Assembly (NCBI GenBank): GCA_904063045.1
Contig: CAJFCJ010000021.1
Span: 682,001 to 746,000, forward strand
Direction: 5' to 3'
DNA: 64,000 bases
Source: Dimorphilus gyrociliatus
Taxonomy: Eukaryota; Animalia; Annelida
Numbering within the stretch: position 1 is the stretch's first letter; each line of letters starts with the position of its first letter. The translations under genes were made by a program, and so were the position numbers. Positions 34,096 to 48,225 of the stretch are shown here, one piece after another. The notes below the pieces were generated by a model that was given only the letters and a program-made list of their open reading frames with translations, did not search any database and was not told the origin of the DNA.

Positions 34096-37000
34096 GAGGG
34101 TTGGGGGAATAAAGGGACAGAGACCTTGGATAATGGTGTGAAAGATTATTAAAAGAATATTTTCTGTTACGATAAAAGAGAGAGGAGTAGGAGAAGGAAA
34201 TTTAACTAACTGCTTAAAATGTGTAAGGAGAAAAGGAAAGGGAAGAATGAAAAAGATTAAAAAGACAAGATAAAGTAACGAATAAAATAGGGGGAAAAAA
34301 AAGAAAAAAAAACTGGCGACAATATATAAAAAGCTATCAAGCAACTGACGCCATCATTTACTAGAGAAGATGGCCGCTACAAAGCGAATCGATTGGCGAA
34401 AAGGGAGAAAACACGTGCAATAACGTACTAACCGCTTGCCAATCTGTTCACGTATTTATCACTGTAACTCCCTAATCGCATCTTGTCGACGGCTTTTACT
34501 ACGTTTGCTTTTTTAAAGTAACGATCAAGCGCTGTTGCTATATAGGGGGATTTGGCGTTTTGGGAAATTGATATAAGCTCTCTGTCTCTGTCTCTCCCTC
34601 TTTCCCCTCCTCCTTCTTCTCCATTTCTTCTGTTCTATCTCTCCTTTTCATTTTTTTTTAGCTTCTTAGTTTTCTTTTGACAAAATATATTTATAGAATT
34701 TATAAAAGGACACTTTTTCCTCTTTTTGTATGTATAGGATTAAGCAACGTAATTTTCTCTTTATTTATTTATTATTATTATTTTAAAAACTCTTTTGACC
34801 TAAGTTGTTATACATTTTCTTCTTCGTTTTCTTCTTTTTCTTCTTCTTCTTCTTCTTCATCATCGTCTTGCTTTACCAGTATTTTTATTCTATATAAAGA
34901 GATGAAAGAGCGAAAGATATCTTATTATTTTCTACTTGTAATTTATTTAATTAATCCTTTTTCGTGATGTATGTCAGTAAATTTTGCGGTTGTAGGATTT
35001 TTCTTTCGTTTTTTCCTTGTTAGGAGGCTATTTATATATAAATATATATATATTTATAAATAGGTGACTGCATATAGATATTCTTTATACGGCATCTCGT
35101 GCACGTATTTAATATTAATACATTTTAATAGATATATAACGATATATAACGATAATAAATATCGTTTCGTCAACTAATTGTGCGGGTTAAATGCGGTGTA
35201 TTTTAACAAGGAACGTGGGAATTGGTTTACAAGGTTCCTATCCCGTTGTCTGATTTATCTTAATGTTAATTTTTAACATATTTAACGTATTATATTGCCT
35301 AATTAAGTACTTAATCCTTTTTTTTTTCTTTTGCTTTTCTTCTTCATCTTGACTTTCCTTTCGATAGCCGAAGATAAACATTTCTATTCTTTATACAAGC
35401 GATACAAATACAGTATTTATATATAAAAAAAGAATAATCTTTATACTATAGCATTGTGCAATATGCAAATCTAAGGAAATAGGAAGATGAGTAAGTTTAT
35501 AGAAAGAAAAAAAATTTTTTTAATACATTTACAGAGATGATTATCAACCAAAGTTATTTTATATTGTACAGTTTACATTCCATATCGGAAGTAATCTATC
35601 AAATTAGATTCTAAAGTGACAATTGCAAATCGTTCGCGCCCTATTAATTTGTAATTTATTATAATTAACTTATTTGATTATAATTAGGTGGAAATAATAA
35701 TGAATAATTTTTACATAAAATAAATCGATCAAATAGATAAAGAAAAAAACATATAAATAAATAAATTAATTAATTAATTAGTTGGATAGTTAAAGATTTT
35801 AATAGGTTTTTGATAAGTTAAAAGGGAAAAATCTATCTAATATGTGTATAGATATATGCATGTATGTATGTATGTATGTATGTGTGTGCATCATATAGAA
35901 AGAGTAAAAAAAGAAGAATGTAACTGTACGCGATCATGACGTGTACGAGCCTGTATACTTGACGGTTTGGAAAACTAGCAAAGCGTATTATATTTATTAT
36001 CTTAATACGGTCTCTATTCCACGCCAAAATTCACCTTATTTATTCCGTTGGCGAAGCACAGATAATACAAAAATGTTCGCCTCAATCATACGGAAAACGT
36101 AATTATGACATGGATTTTGTTGGATAGAAATAAAAAAAAAATTGCAGTTAAATGCAGCTGTTTTCGGTAGAATTAGGGTTTTGGGAATTTATTTGAAATA
36201 TTTCCCCAACAACTTGTTAATATTCTATAAGAAAAACGTAAAAGTTCACTTAATACGTCTTTCTTCAAATGTTCGAGTGACTTTGATTAATTCTTTATAA
36301 TTATTCAATGTATGAATTGTAAAAAATCTCAGCAATACGATTCTCTATTCTAATTCTATTATATTCATTCTTCCTTTTCTTTTGTTTTCTTTTAACTCTT
36401 ATATATTATTAATAGAAACTAAATGAACGTTTCATTGTTATTAATCTATTCATTGAATATTGACTGAGACAATTAATAATCAAATGCACAAGTTACAGTT
36501 TATATACACTGTACATAAGTAGAGAAAAGAAGAGGCAAAAAGTAATATGGATCCAAGTTCCACGCTAAAAATAACAATTCAAATTCGAATCCTCGACCCC
36601 GTTTAAATCACTCCATCAATACACTAAGAGAAATTAACCCCTTAACAGTCGTTAATTACCCTTAGTAAAAAAAAAGAAAAAAAGCATTAAAATCACCGCT
36701 AACAAATCTACTAAACATGTAGAAGAGCGCAATTAAGGCGAGAGGCAATATAAAAGATAAATGATTATGGAAAAGCGAACGACAGTGGTAGAATGATGAA
36801 TACGGAAAATGAGCTATAAAAAGCGAGCCGCCTGAAGCCCGATCGACTGCAAAACTGCCGTACTGCAATAATTACTAGCGCGTCGTGTTTACGCTACTCT
36901 AATACTTCTTTTTTCCTGCTAAATATTTTTTGGATATCTCAAATTCAATTTTTTCTTCAAGAAATAATTTCACTAAGCATCATTAGGCGTAATTAATCAA

Positions 37001-40000
37001 AACAATTTATTCGACCAACCGCCAGATGGAAGCACGCTTATTTATTGATTAAGCTCCTATACAGAACTTGTCAGAATATCTTGACGCCCAGCGGATATAG
37101 ATGCTTGCCTCTCACTGGTAGGTGCCTAATTGACCGTCTTTTTTTCAGTTCTCTTTAATTAACCCTTTTTGTATTGTTTAGTAAATGTTTTTTTTCTTGC
37201 CTTCTTTTTGTATCTGAGAAATTCAAATAGAACGTCGTTATAATCAAAAGAAGCCACCTAGCTAAGTAATAGAGTAAATCGAATAAAGACAGAGACGCCT
37301 TTGATCGTATAACGATTAGGATTGTAAAGTTTGCGAAGGGGAAAAGCGATAAAAATCATTCACTATCCCATGCTAACGCCCTCTGGCGTTTTTGCGCAAA
37401 TATTTATTACATAATACCATTAATTACCTATACTTGAGGACGATTTCTTAATCATATATATATATATACATATATATATAAAAATATTGTATTTTTTACG
37501 TTGTAAAAATTAGGTCAATTAATTAATTAGTGTAAAAAAATTGCGGGAGTGTATAATTATGTATGATAGTAGACGCCGCACAAAGCGAAGCGTCGCTAAA
37601 GACGTCTCTCAATAACGCCGCACTCGGCCAGGCGTCACTTTGTTCAGAAACATCGATCGACGCTACCATTTCCGCCATCTTCTGCAATTGGCGTTACTTT
37701 TGCAGTCGGATAGAATACTGCAATAGGCCGCTTGACGACTTGTTGACTCTGACAAGCTTGAAAAATTTCTTGTTTCTTCTGAAGGCCTATTACAAAATTG
37801 GATCTAATATTTTATTTAACAAACCGCATCTGTTTCACTAACTACTGCAATTCTTTGCTGTTTGACTGCGCTCTAAATAATTGACGACGGACAATGTTTA
37901 TTGATATAGCCGCTTTAGCGGTTTTCGACAGACGTTCTCCTTTTCGCACGTTTTTACAGGTGCGTTGATTTTTTTTCATTTATTCATGCTTAATTAGTCG
38001 TGATCGGCTTGTCGTTAAGTTTTTTCTCTCTATTCATTTCTTTCCATCTATCTATCTTTTTGTCTTTTTTTTTCTCTCTCTCTCTCTTTCTCTCTTTCTC
38101 GTTCTCTGTCTGTCTGTCTGTCTATCTATCTCTCTCTCTCCCTTTCTCTCTCTGTGTCCATCTTCCTCTCAGTCTTTCTCGCTCTGTTTCTCTCATTCTT
38201 TGCTGTAAGTGCAATAAAGGAATCCCGACTTTTTTTCAATATTAACAACTATAAAGGTTATTTACGTCTATATTTGGTTTGCCACGTATATATGGATACT
38301 TTGAATATATCGTATAAAAGTATTAATTACCTCTAGACTATAACAATGTCCAATATTAGGTTATCGTAAAAGTATAGCGCACTAAGCGAGGGCTACTACG
38401 TTATTTTTTTTATTATGTTACCTTAAATGTTTTATGCGATTTTCCTTCCTCCCTTGCTCCCTTTCCCATTATTAACCCCCTCCAACCAATTACCAGATAA
38501 GATACTAATTCGCGATAGGATGCTATGTAACTGTCATATTAAATAGGCCCAAGTTTAATTATCAATTTTTTCGCTACAAGTAGACAGAAAGGTGGAGAAG
38601 GTTTTTTGTAGAGCGTTGATTAAAACTATCCGCTTTTCTTTCAAGTAATAACGCTTCAGTTCTCGAAGCAGAAACAAATAATAATAACAGTATTATCGAC
38701 TTTGACAATAGTAATATTGATAATGATGATTACGATAATAATATCGATAACGTTAATAATAATAAACAGGTTGTTTTTTATTACCTCAATTAAGTAGTAT
38801 TTTAAATTCCGTCTAAGGGTGTTTAGGAGTAGTGCAGTTTACATTGCAGTTGCTATTCAGCACGCCGTTATGCGATAGTCTTGTCATGCATAGCTTTGAT
38901 TTTTCTTATATGGTTTGTCGTTTGTTTTGTCATGCAAAGTAATTACGAGTCAAGTAAATTGAAGTAACGCGTGTTTTTTTTTTACTCTTAGTTCCTTTTA
39001 ACACAATATCTTATAGGTAATTAATATAAATAATAAATTACAAATACAAACACTTTTTACATAAATATACATTCCATGGATTTAATCAGTTAGACCTAAA
39101 AGCCTCAAATGTTTTTTATACGAATAGACTACGATAAATATCCATACGGTTGTTCGTATGCATAATTTAAAAGCAAATAATTACTAGTCAAGTATTCCGA
39201 CAGTCTATTTAGTTCTCTATTCTTTATTCCCCCTGATTCTTTATTACTTTTAATACCAGTTGTTTTTATTTTCTTTTTATTTTCTTTTTATGTTTTCTTT
39301 CTCTCTCTCTCTTTCTTCCCCTTTCTTTCTTTTTTATGCTATCTTTATCGTATTATTATTATTACTGCTATTATCATTAAATTATTTATTTTGTTTACTT
39401 ATTTCGTCTTTTTTATCTCTACATATATATATATATATATATCAATCAATCAATTAATTTACCTTTTTTACTCTCATTCCCTCTCTCTCTCTCTCTCTCT
39501 CTATCCCTCTTAGTTTCTTTTTACCTTATACTCCCTCTCTTCCCCTTTAAGTAATATCTTTAATACCTATTACTTTTTAATTGCTTTAATTAAACAAATA
39601 ATTATGTCAATAAATAAATATAGGCGAAAAAGCAGAGTAATCTTTTTCTCTTATTCTCGTTTACAATCCTAATCTTTATCTGGCCTACTATCAGTCTTAT
39701 CTATCAATCTTCTTCCCTCTTTTCCCCCCACCCTCCTCTCCTCTATGTTTCTTTCCCCCCCCCCCCCACCCTCCCTATTTTGTATTTTCTCTTCTCCCTT
39801 TTTTATCATCTGTTTGTCTATACAGATATTTTTTTCTATGCATTTTTAAGCTATATAATCACTACTAATTATCAAACGGTCTGGTGCATTCATCTCATCG
39901 ATTTTCGTTATTGATACTTAACAGGACATGAAAAGTTGTTTTATTCCCAATTCAATACAAGGCTAAGTAAAAAAAAAAAAAAAAACCTACTAATTTAATC

Positions 40001-40806
40001 ACAAATATGTCTTATCAATTTTCTTGTTAACATTAGTAGCCTGCTTGTATTTTATTGTTTGTTTTTTATTATCTATTTGTTTAATATTTCTTTAATTATT
40101 AGATTTTCTACAAGTTGATAACCATATCTGCACAGTAGTACATGTATAGTGGTACTTTGTGTTTATAAAGATATATTAGTATATTATTACCATTAAATAA
40201 GTATACATTTGTTACAATCATTCTACAAAGATTTAGTACAAAAGCTTTATAGTCGTGCTTGTAATATATTCATGTTAACTTACTTAAAGTATGTAGTTTC
40301 GTATAAAGACAAATTTTAAAATCTGCTTATACATATACAGTATATATATATATATTATCTAAAAAGAGCTATAATTACACTAGTCAAGTGTATTGATTTT
40401 CTTCGTATACTACCGATACGAGATTGGTTTGTCATGAGATTTTTTATATACAACGATATAATTACTAGTGACGCGCATTGATTTCTTCTCCAATATTGAT
40501 ACTTAGCAACACATCACAGTTTGTCAAGCGCTCCTTTTCTGTAAGGAATTAAGCCTGTATAATTAACGGTCAATAATTAACGAGCTAAACTCGGCGGATA
40601 TACGCGAATGTCTTTATCATATAGAGCATAGAATTTCCTACAGAGTAGTTTATAATAGAAGGTTGGCTTAGGAAACCTTGCTTCTATAATTGCCCTTAAT
40701 TTCTATGTAGGTAGATATCTGTAGATACTTAAAAAAGAAGAAAATCGGTGTGTAAACTTATAGCTTGTACTTTTGTATAATAAATGGGTAAATAAATAAA
40801 TATACA

Positions 40807-40844
<38 letters not shown>

Positions 40845-43755
40845 TCGCACATTAGCACCTATATATATATATACTAATATACGTATATGTTACAAATATA
40901 ATTCTGTTCTTATTACGATCTTTAACGTTGACTTAGTCAAGGAAAACTGTGAGCTGAGTAAAAAAAAAAGTAAAAGAATAAAGAAAACAAAGGAGGACAC
41001 AAAACAGAAAAAAAAAGAGAACAGAGCACAGAAAAAATCGAAAACGAAATAGTAAAAGGTATTAGGCATTCGGTCTAGCGTCTCGCTTCCTAGACTGGCC
41101 CTTATTCTAGACGCTTTCACGCTTAGCGGCTCCCTGTTCAGGTATACATCTGAAACGATTTGTTTGCAATAGTTGAGAGGAAAAATTATTTCTCGCATCC
41201 ATCGTAAAAGTAGGCCGATAAAGAGACTTTTGATGTTATACGATTACAGTAAATGAGATCAATTGTGCCATTTCGGCGGCGTTTCGTTTGACAAACAAGC
41301 CCGGTTTGGCGCACAACTCTTCTGAGAACGATCAGTCAGTTTATAGATCAATAAAATTGAGCCGTTTTCGCGCTCCGAACAATCTGTTACCTTTCGTTTA
41401 CACTCGATTCGTTTTGATTATTGCGTTTATATTTTTCATATAAACTTAAAAAAAGAAGAAAGATAATTATATCATTCGTCAAAAGAAAGAGCTCACATTT
41501 ACATCAACTTTTACGAAGCTACAAAAAAAATCATCATCTATTTTTAAAATGTACTTATAAACAGAAAGAGAAAGAGAGAGAGAGAGAGATAGAAAGATAG
41601 AAGTAGGGATTTTTTTTATAATAAAAAAAAGTAACATAGGCAAGTAATAGAACTACTTACAAGAACAAGAACAAGAACAAGAACAAGCAACGGATAAAAA
41701 AATCATACATTCCAAGACGTTTCATTCGACTAATTAGTTTTTAATGTTGTTTTTTTTTCCCTATCAGAAAAGGGCTCTCTTAGTAATTTTGTGAGTCTTT
41801 TTTTTATCTCAATGATAACGATATCATTAATATTAATAATATTATTAGAAGTGGAATTTTTTTTATTATTATTATGATTACCTTTAAGCTTATTAGCTTA
41901 ATTGACTAGTTTTTGTGTTATTCACCTATAACATTTTTAGCTTTTGTTATTGATCGGGGAATATTTTAATAGACTTTCTCAATAACTCTGTTTACGATTC
42001 TCCCAGAATCAACAGAGTATATTAATTCCAATTACTGCCACTTTTTACCCTTTTTTTTATACAACTACACTCTCGGTTCTCCTTTCGCTCTTCCTCTTTC
42101 CGTCATTTCCTTTAGTTTTTCCCCCCTCTTTCCTTCTTTTTCTCTTCTCGAACGCTTTGATCGTTTCTATTTAGTTAAGAACTATACGCTGTATACATAT
42201 CTATATACTATGTATACAGTATAGATGCAGTATACATTTTCAATGTATAGACAATGTATTATAAAATCAAATATTATTACACTACTTTTATCTCGGTAGA
42301 CTCTAGTTTATATAATATATTTGTTATGGAGTTTTGATGCTATATCCTTTCTCATTGATCATCTTACTCAAAGAAATACGACAAATATTTTCGGTACTTT
42401 ATCACATAGATCAAATATATACTTTTTCTATTAATTATCATAAAAAAAACTAATCCTAAATAGGAATTTCCGGGTTGAAAAGAGCCTTTTGTTTCTCACC
42501 TTTTCATTTTACGTTTGACAAGATGTATTGAAGTGAGTGAGTAAAACAAGGGTATTACCCTGCTTTTCCCTGCCTACCTCCCTCCCTCCCTCTCTCTCTC
42601 TCTCTCTCACTTTCTTTCTATTGATATATATATATGTAAAAGGTTTTACTCATTCATTTCAACTCGGTTGACAATGTCAAATATTAAACTTTACATAGTT
42701 TGTTTAGCTTACAGTTAGAAGATTAATTAGCTAATTACTCAACGACATATAAATGCTTGATATATAGTGATTTGTTTGCTAATATTCTTACATTGATTAT
42801 GTGTATGTATGTAGATAGGTTTAATATGATATCAAATGTACACTAAATGTAAATAAATTTAGACTATATATAGTAAACATGTTAAGAAATAATAATAATA
42901 TATAAGATATTTTTGTTAGTAAATCTTTGTCAGTATTTTAAGGTTATTTCCAATCTCACACCTGTAAAACAATATCAAAAAACAAAGCATAATAAAGTAG
43001 ACCTTTTCATAAGGAATTAAGTAAGAAATTGAGAAGAGTATACTCATGTTCGTCATCCTCTGACATTTTCCAAAAAACCCTTTTATTTCAATTATACAAA
43101 GTATGAGGTACAGTGAAAATATTTTATAGTTGCTCTTTAATCTGTATAGATTTTTTCTCAGGTACAACTAAGAGTCCCTGAGGCAGAAAAAAGTCGCTCT
43201 ATATTCTTCAAATCGAGATTATTGAATAACTCTAATACTAGTGTATCATTTACACAAAGTCTTGTTAGAAAATATACAAAAAAGGCAAACTTTCACAGGT
43301 GATAACTGTTACTGAAGATGTACAAATATTTATGTATATAAAAATATATGTATACGTCTAAGTAATGTCAGTATTTCAAGGACATTAGGTGGGAATTACA
43401 TTAAATTTTTCTCTCTTCCCTAATCTATATTTTCTAGGATCAAATGTATTAAACGATCATAAATTTTAAGTAACAACTGTTCGTGTAATAAATTTCAATA
43501 AAAATAGCTAAATAGATACATTCATTACACGCTTTAATAAATTAAATATATGTATGTAGTCATTTTCATGATAAGCCATAAATATATATTGTATATAAAT
43601 ACAATATATACTTTTTGTTGTTGTTGTTGTTGTTGTTGTCGTTGTTATACTAGTATAAACTTCTTTTACGTTTATTGGTAGGTAAGATGGGAAAGTAATG
43701 AAAAGAGGAAGAGATAGATAGAGTGAGAGCAAGGGAAAGAGTAACTGTATGTGTA

Positions 43756-43791
<36 letters not shown>

Positions 43792-45571
43792 GTGAGACAG
43801 AGTTGAAAAGTAGAAAGTAGCAGAGAAAATTTTTAAGTGTTTAATAATTGTATTACAAGGGGCTATTTAAGTTTAAAAAAGCATGTTTGTGCACTTGTAT
43901 ATATTCTCTCTCTCTCTCTCTCTCCCTCCCTATCTTTAACAACCATTCTCTTCTCTAGCTTCTATTATATTTAAGGTATTAACTAACGAAAAAGTAAAGT
44001 ACAACAAAAATATCTTCTCTGTTAGTCCTGCTAAGCATTAAAAGGAGAAGCTCTAAAAGAGAGAAAAAGTTAAAAGACGCTTATAACCTTTTACTATGCT
44101 CTAAAACCCTGTAATCTTTAACGATCGTCTCTGCTTCAGGGAAAAAAATACAACTGTATTTACCAGTTACCCGTTTCGGATAATTTCTTTCTCAGGTGCA
44201 ACTGAGAGTGTTGCTTTAGGCAAAATGAGATATATGAGGCGTGAAAGAATACAGATAGGTAGATAGAACGAGGTAAACAAGTAGGGATTGAGATAAGAAT
44301 AGTGAAATTTATATATAGATATTCTATACAGTATATTAGGGGAAGAGATGAATTAAAAAAAAAAACCGGAAGAGGTAATGTACCTAGTTAAAAATAAATT
44401 TATAAGGTTATACACATGTGAGAGGTTATTGTTGGAAGGTGGCTGGGCGTAGTAGGAAACATGTTACTAATTTATTGCTTCCTTAAAGACTTCAATGACT
44501 AGCTTCGTCTATCCATACTATTACATGAACTACAGGGTGAATAGATCATTGAAAGACGTTATAGTTAACAGCATTCTATGAATGCAACAATCTTTTCCCT
44601 GTTCTATTGTCAAGAATTAAAAATCACTTACAGTCAGTCACCTTTTAACATAATTGCTAGCTATAACAAATCGTTGTTTATTATAATTACTTGTACGAAT
44701 GTCTACCTTTAGATTCTTTAAATAACTTTAAATATTATTGTAGACGTAGTGTAAGGAGCGAAAATAAAAGGAAAAGTAGGAGAAGACGATTTATTGTTTA
44801 TGCTTTCAGCAACCAGAACTAGTAGATTCTAAAGCTAATTATTGATTATTCTTAAGTAAATAATCTAATGATGAGCTGTTTAAGGTTAATGGGAAACTTC
44901 TTAAGGTGTTTTATTTTTCTAAATTCTTAAAAAATCACTATCACTAGTTTTCGTTTGTTCTTCATCTCTTCCTATAGTTTATGTAGTTTACTTCCTTCTT
45001 TCATAGCTTTATTCTTCTTGTTTTCTTTTTACAATTTAAAAGAGAGAAAAAGAAATTTTTCCTTTTTATCCTCTTTTTTTCTATCTATTAGAGAAAAAGC
45101 AAGATAAAGATACTATGCTCTTTTTCGCTAGTCAAGTATATTGATTTTGACTTTATATACATCTGCTTTTTATGGCGTTTAACATATGCTCCTATACGAT
45201 TGTGAGACTTAGCGGTGATACTATGAATTATGATACATATACTTGCAGATATTAAGTAGATATAGATATATTAATTTTCTATGTATGTTTGATATATTAA
45301 ATAGACCAATTATCGAATATTTAATATATAGAATAAACTTAAAAGTATATATAATATATTTATAGAAAATAAAGAGTACGTAAGAATACTAATATCCAAA
45401 AGTTGATATTAGTATAATGTTAAAATGTTGTTCTAGAGTTTCTACTATATCTATAATTCATTCATTATTAATTAGTTTAAAATAACATTTAAGTTACTAT
45501 TATCCCTTGTAAATTAACAGATAATGTGAAAAAGGATTTATTGACATAAAACCGCCCTCGGGCTCTGAAAA

Positions 45572-48190
45572 ATGACGACCGATTTCGAGAGGCACGTTCA
45601 ACAGACAAACGACCGCTTGGCTTGCATTAAACAGGTAATTAATTGTTTAACGCTTCTACCCTTCAACTTTTCCCTTTTGTTTCTAGTTAATATTACTATA
45701 ATCGTCACGTGATTATTGTTTTTTTTCCCTCTTCTTTGTTTAAACTCATCAATAAGACGGCTGATATATTATTGGTTTTTCTTTGTTTTACGACATTTAG
45801 GAATTAATTGACACCAAAGTGATATCGACTACCTTGAATAAATTAACCAATGTTTTTCCATTAGGAAAAATTAAGTACCCATTGTTCGTAACACTTTTCT
45901 TTTTTATATTCGTTATGTTCAACATAATTTTTATTTTTTATTATTGTTAAAGAAGTGAATTGCTCTAATTATTTGTTTGATCGGACGTTATTCTATGAAA
46001 AAAGAATTGGGTTAAGCTCCCCTTTCCCTTAGTGTATATCTGCAGGCCTAGTCAATTGACCATTCTAGTACTATTTTGATTTCCGAGTCCTCGGATAGTC
46101 AATGGTATTTAGATACCAATCGTCAAGCAAGTCATGTGACAAAATGACTACTTGAAAGATTAGACGACTTTCTCAGCGGTCAAGGATTATTTTATCCTTT
46201 CTTCTCTTGACGTAATACATAACAAAGTATTATATTTCCTCTCTCTTTTTCACATCCGTAACTTCCACTACCGGAAGTGATAGGTAACTTTTTTTTTCTC
46301 TCTTTTACATAAGAATGGTATCAAAAATATGATATATAGTATACACTTAGAGTATTAGTGACCTATAGGGAAAGAAATAAGAACTTCTCAAGTAGTTTTG
46401 GTAATCGATATTATGTATATTTAAAAGTTTATAACTATATCAACTTCTGTCATTTTTCATTAAATAACATGTTCCTCTTTGTCTAGAATACTCTCTTTCC
46501 TTTTTGCATCTCTGCTTTTCTTTCTTTCTTTATTTCTTTTCATTTTTTAAATAAAATGAAAGAAAATAAAAATTCAACAGCGCCAACTATCGGTTGAATA
46601 AATATATTTTTCCTTTTGCAGACTTTACAGACGCAAAGTGGGTTTCAAGGAGCTGCTCGCGAATTGCTTGAATGGTGTTCGGATACGAGAGCCTTTCAAA
46701 AGCCATTTGAACAAGCTCTTCTTTCGTGTTTAACTGTAAGTTATATAAGATTCTATAAACCCATATACGATCCTCTAAACCGTGTTTGAACACGCCTTTT
46801 CAAGTGCCAGCCTCACTAAACAAATAAGTTGTATAAAACGAGCGCGCTTTTCTTTTTAGTCTCTTTCTTTTTCTCTTTATTATTTTAGCCTTTTATCTGA
46901 TCGATCTAGTGAATTTGGCTTTACTTATTACAACTGTCTCTATTCAAAAATCCTCTCTAACCTAGTTACGCACGTAACCTTCTTATGTCCATTAGCCTTT
47001 TCTTAATTTACTAATCCCTCAATGTATATTGCATTTGTTGAACAGTCTGCTTTCGCAGAGGGTGGGGCAAAGTGGTTACAATGTTGACAAATTTTTAGAT
47101 TTACTATCGATTTCTGTACTTTTTTTTTAACTCGAGTCTTATTTGTTTTTATATCGTAAATTGAACTTAAAAGGTGAATTAGGATCAATAATTTGTAGTG
47201 CATTCAATATAAAAGCTCTTTTTCTAATTAACTTCATTTTCTATTATCTTTAGAAAGTACCGAAATCCTCTTCATGTAATGTTAAGAGTATAAATTTTGC
47301 AGTCAAAGAAAAAGAGTTAAAACAAAAATAGATAATAATTAAAATGAGGACACTAACAAAACTGATGATAGAGATAATTATCTATATTTAGATTTACAAA
47401 CAGTTTTATAATATTAGAGAATAATGATAGGATAAATAGAATGTACGCATTCTTTAATCGTATACTTCTTCCTTAACTATTTAACTTAATTATCAACTTA
47501 TTACAATATTTTACTACTATGTGTAACTTTTATCATTATGCTAATTTGTGTGATTTATTCTAAATTAGCTGTTTCTTTTCATTAATAATAAAGAAAAGAG
47601 AAGAAAAAAAATAAACGGCATATAGCCTTTTTCTCTATTCCTTTTACTTCTCAGGTTATGTTAGGCATTAAATAAGATTAACAATTGTTGTAGAATTATA
47701 GAAAAAAATTCGAACTTGTAAGGATAATAAAATATGTTTATATTAGGCCTATTAAAACGGATAATCAGTTAAGTCTCGTTTATACACACAATTGAACAAT
47801 AATTTATCCCAGTTAGAACTAATGAAAATAAATCTCTCTTATTTTTGCTTTTCATATTGTAGTCATTTTTCTTTTTTACTTTTATTTTGGGCTTGTAAAA
47901 ATTGATAGTTAGCTATAAATCGTGTTTCACAAACGGAGAAATAAACATGATTGATCTTTTATACAAACAGTATAGGCCCCATTTAAGAAGAATCAATAAT
48001 TTACTGAATGTTGTTTGCATTGGAGAATTATAAGTATATGATTGCACTATAATTTAAATAGTATATTTATATATAATGAATGCATTGATTAATAACTATC
48101 TTCCGAATACGAAAATATACATGCAATACGTTATAAAGTATGTATATATTTATTATATTGATGTAAACAGTATACAGTATATATAAATTA

Positions 48191-48225
<35 letters not shown>

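Noticed and set aside
37563-37841. 92-aa + strand ORF, and a 51-aa minus ORF starting MAEMVASIDV at 37678
   Set aside because: Both lie in a GC/CpG-rich patch where stop codons are scarce, and no homology was recognised. The ATG context is the YY1-like AAGATGGCGG motif.
45281-45302. 15-nt match to miR-190 (TATGTTTGATATATT)
   Set aside because: The seed region differs, the sequence is low-complexity AT, no convincing hairpin was found, and miR-190 normally lies in talin introns.
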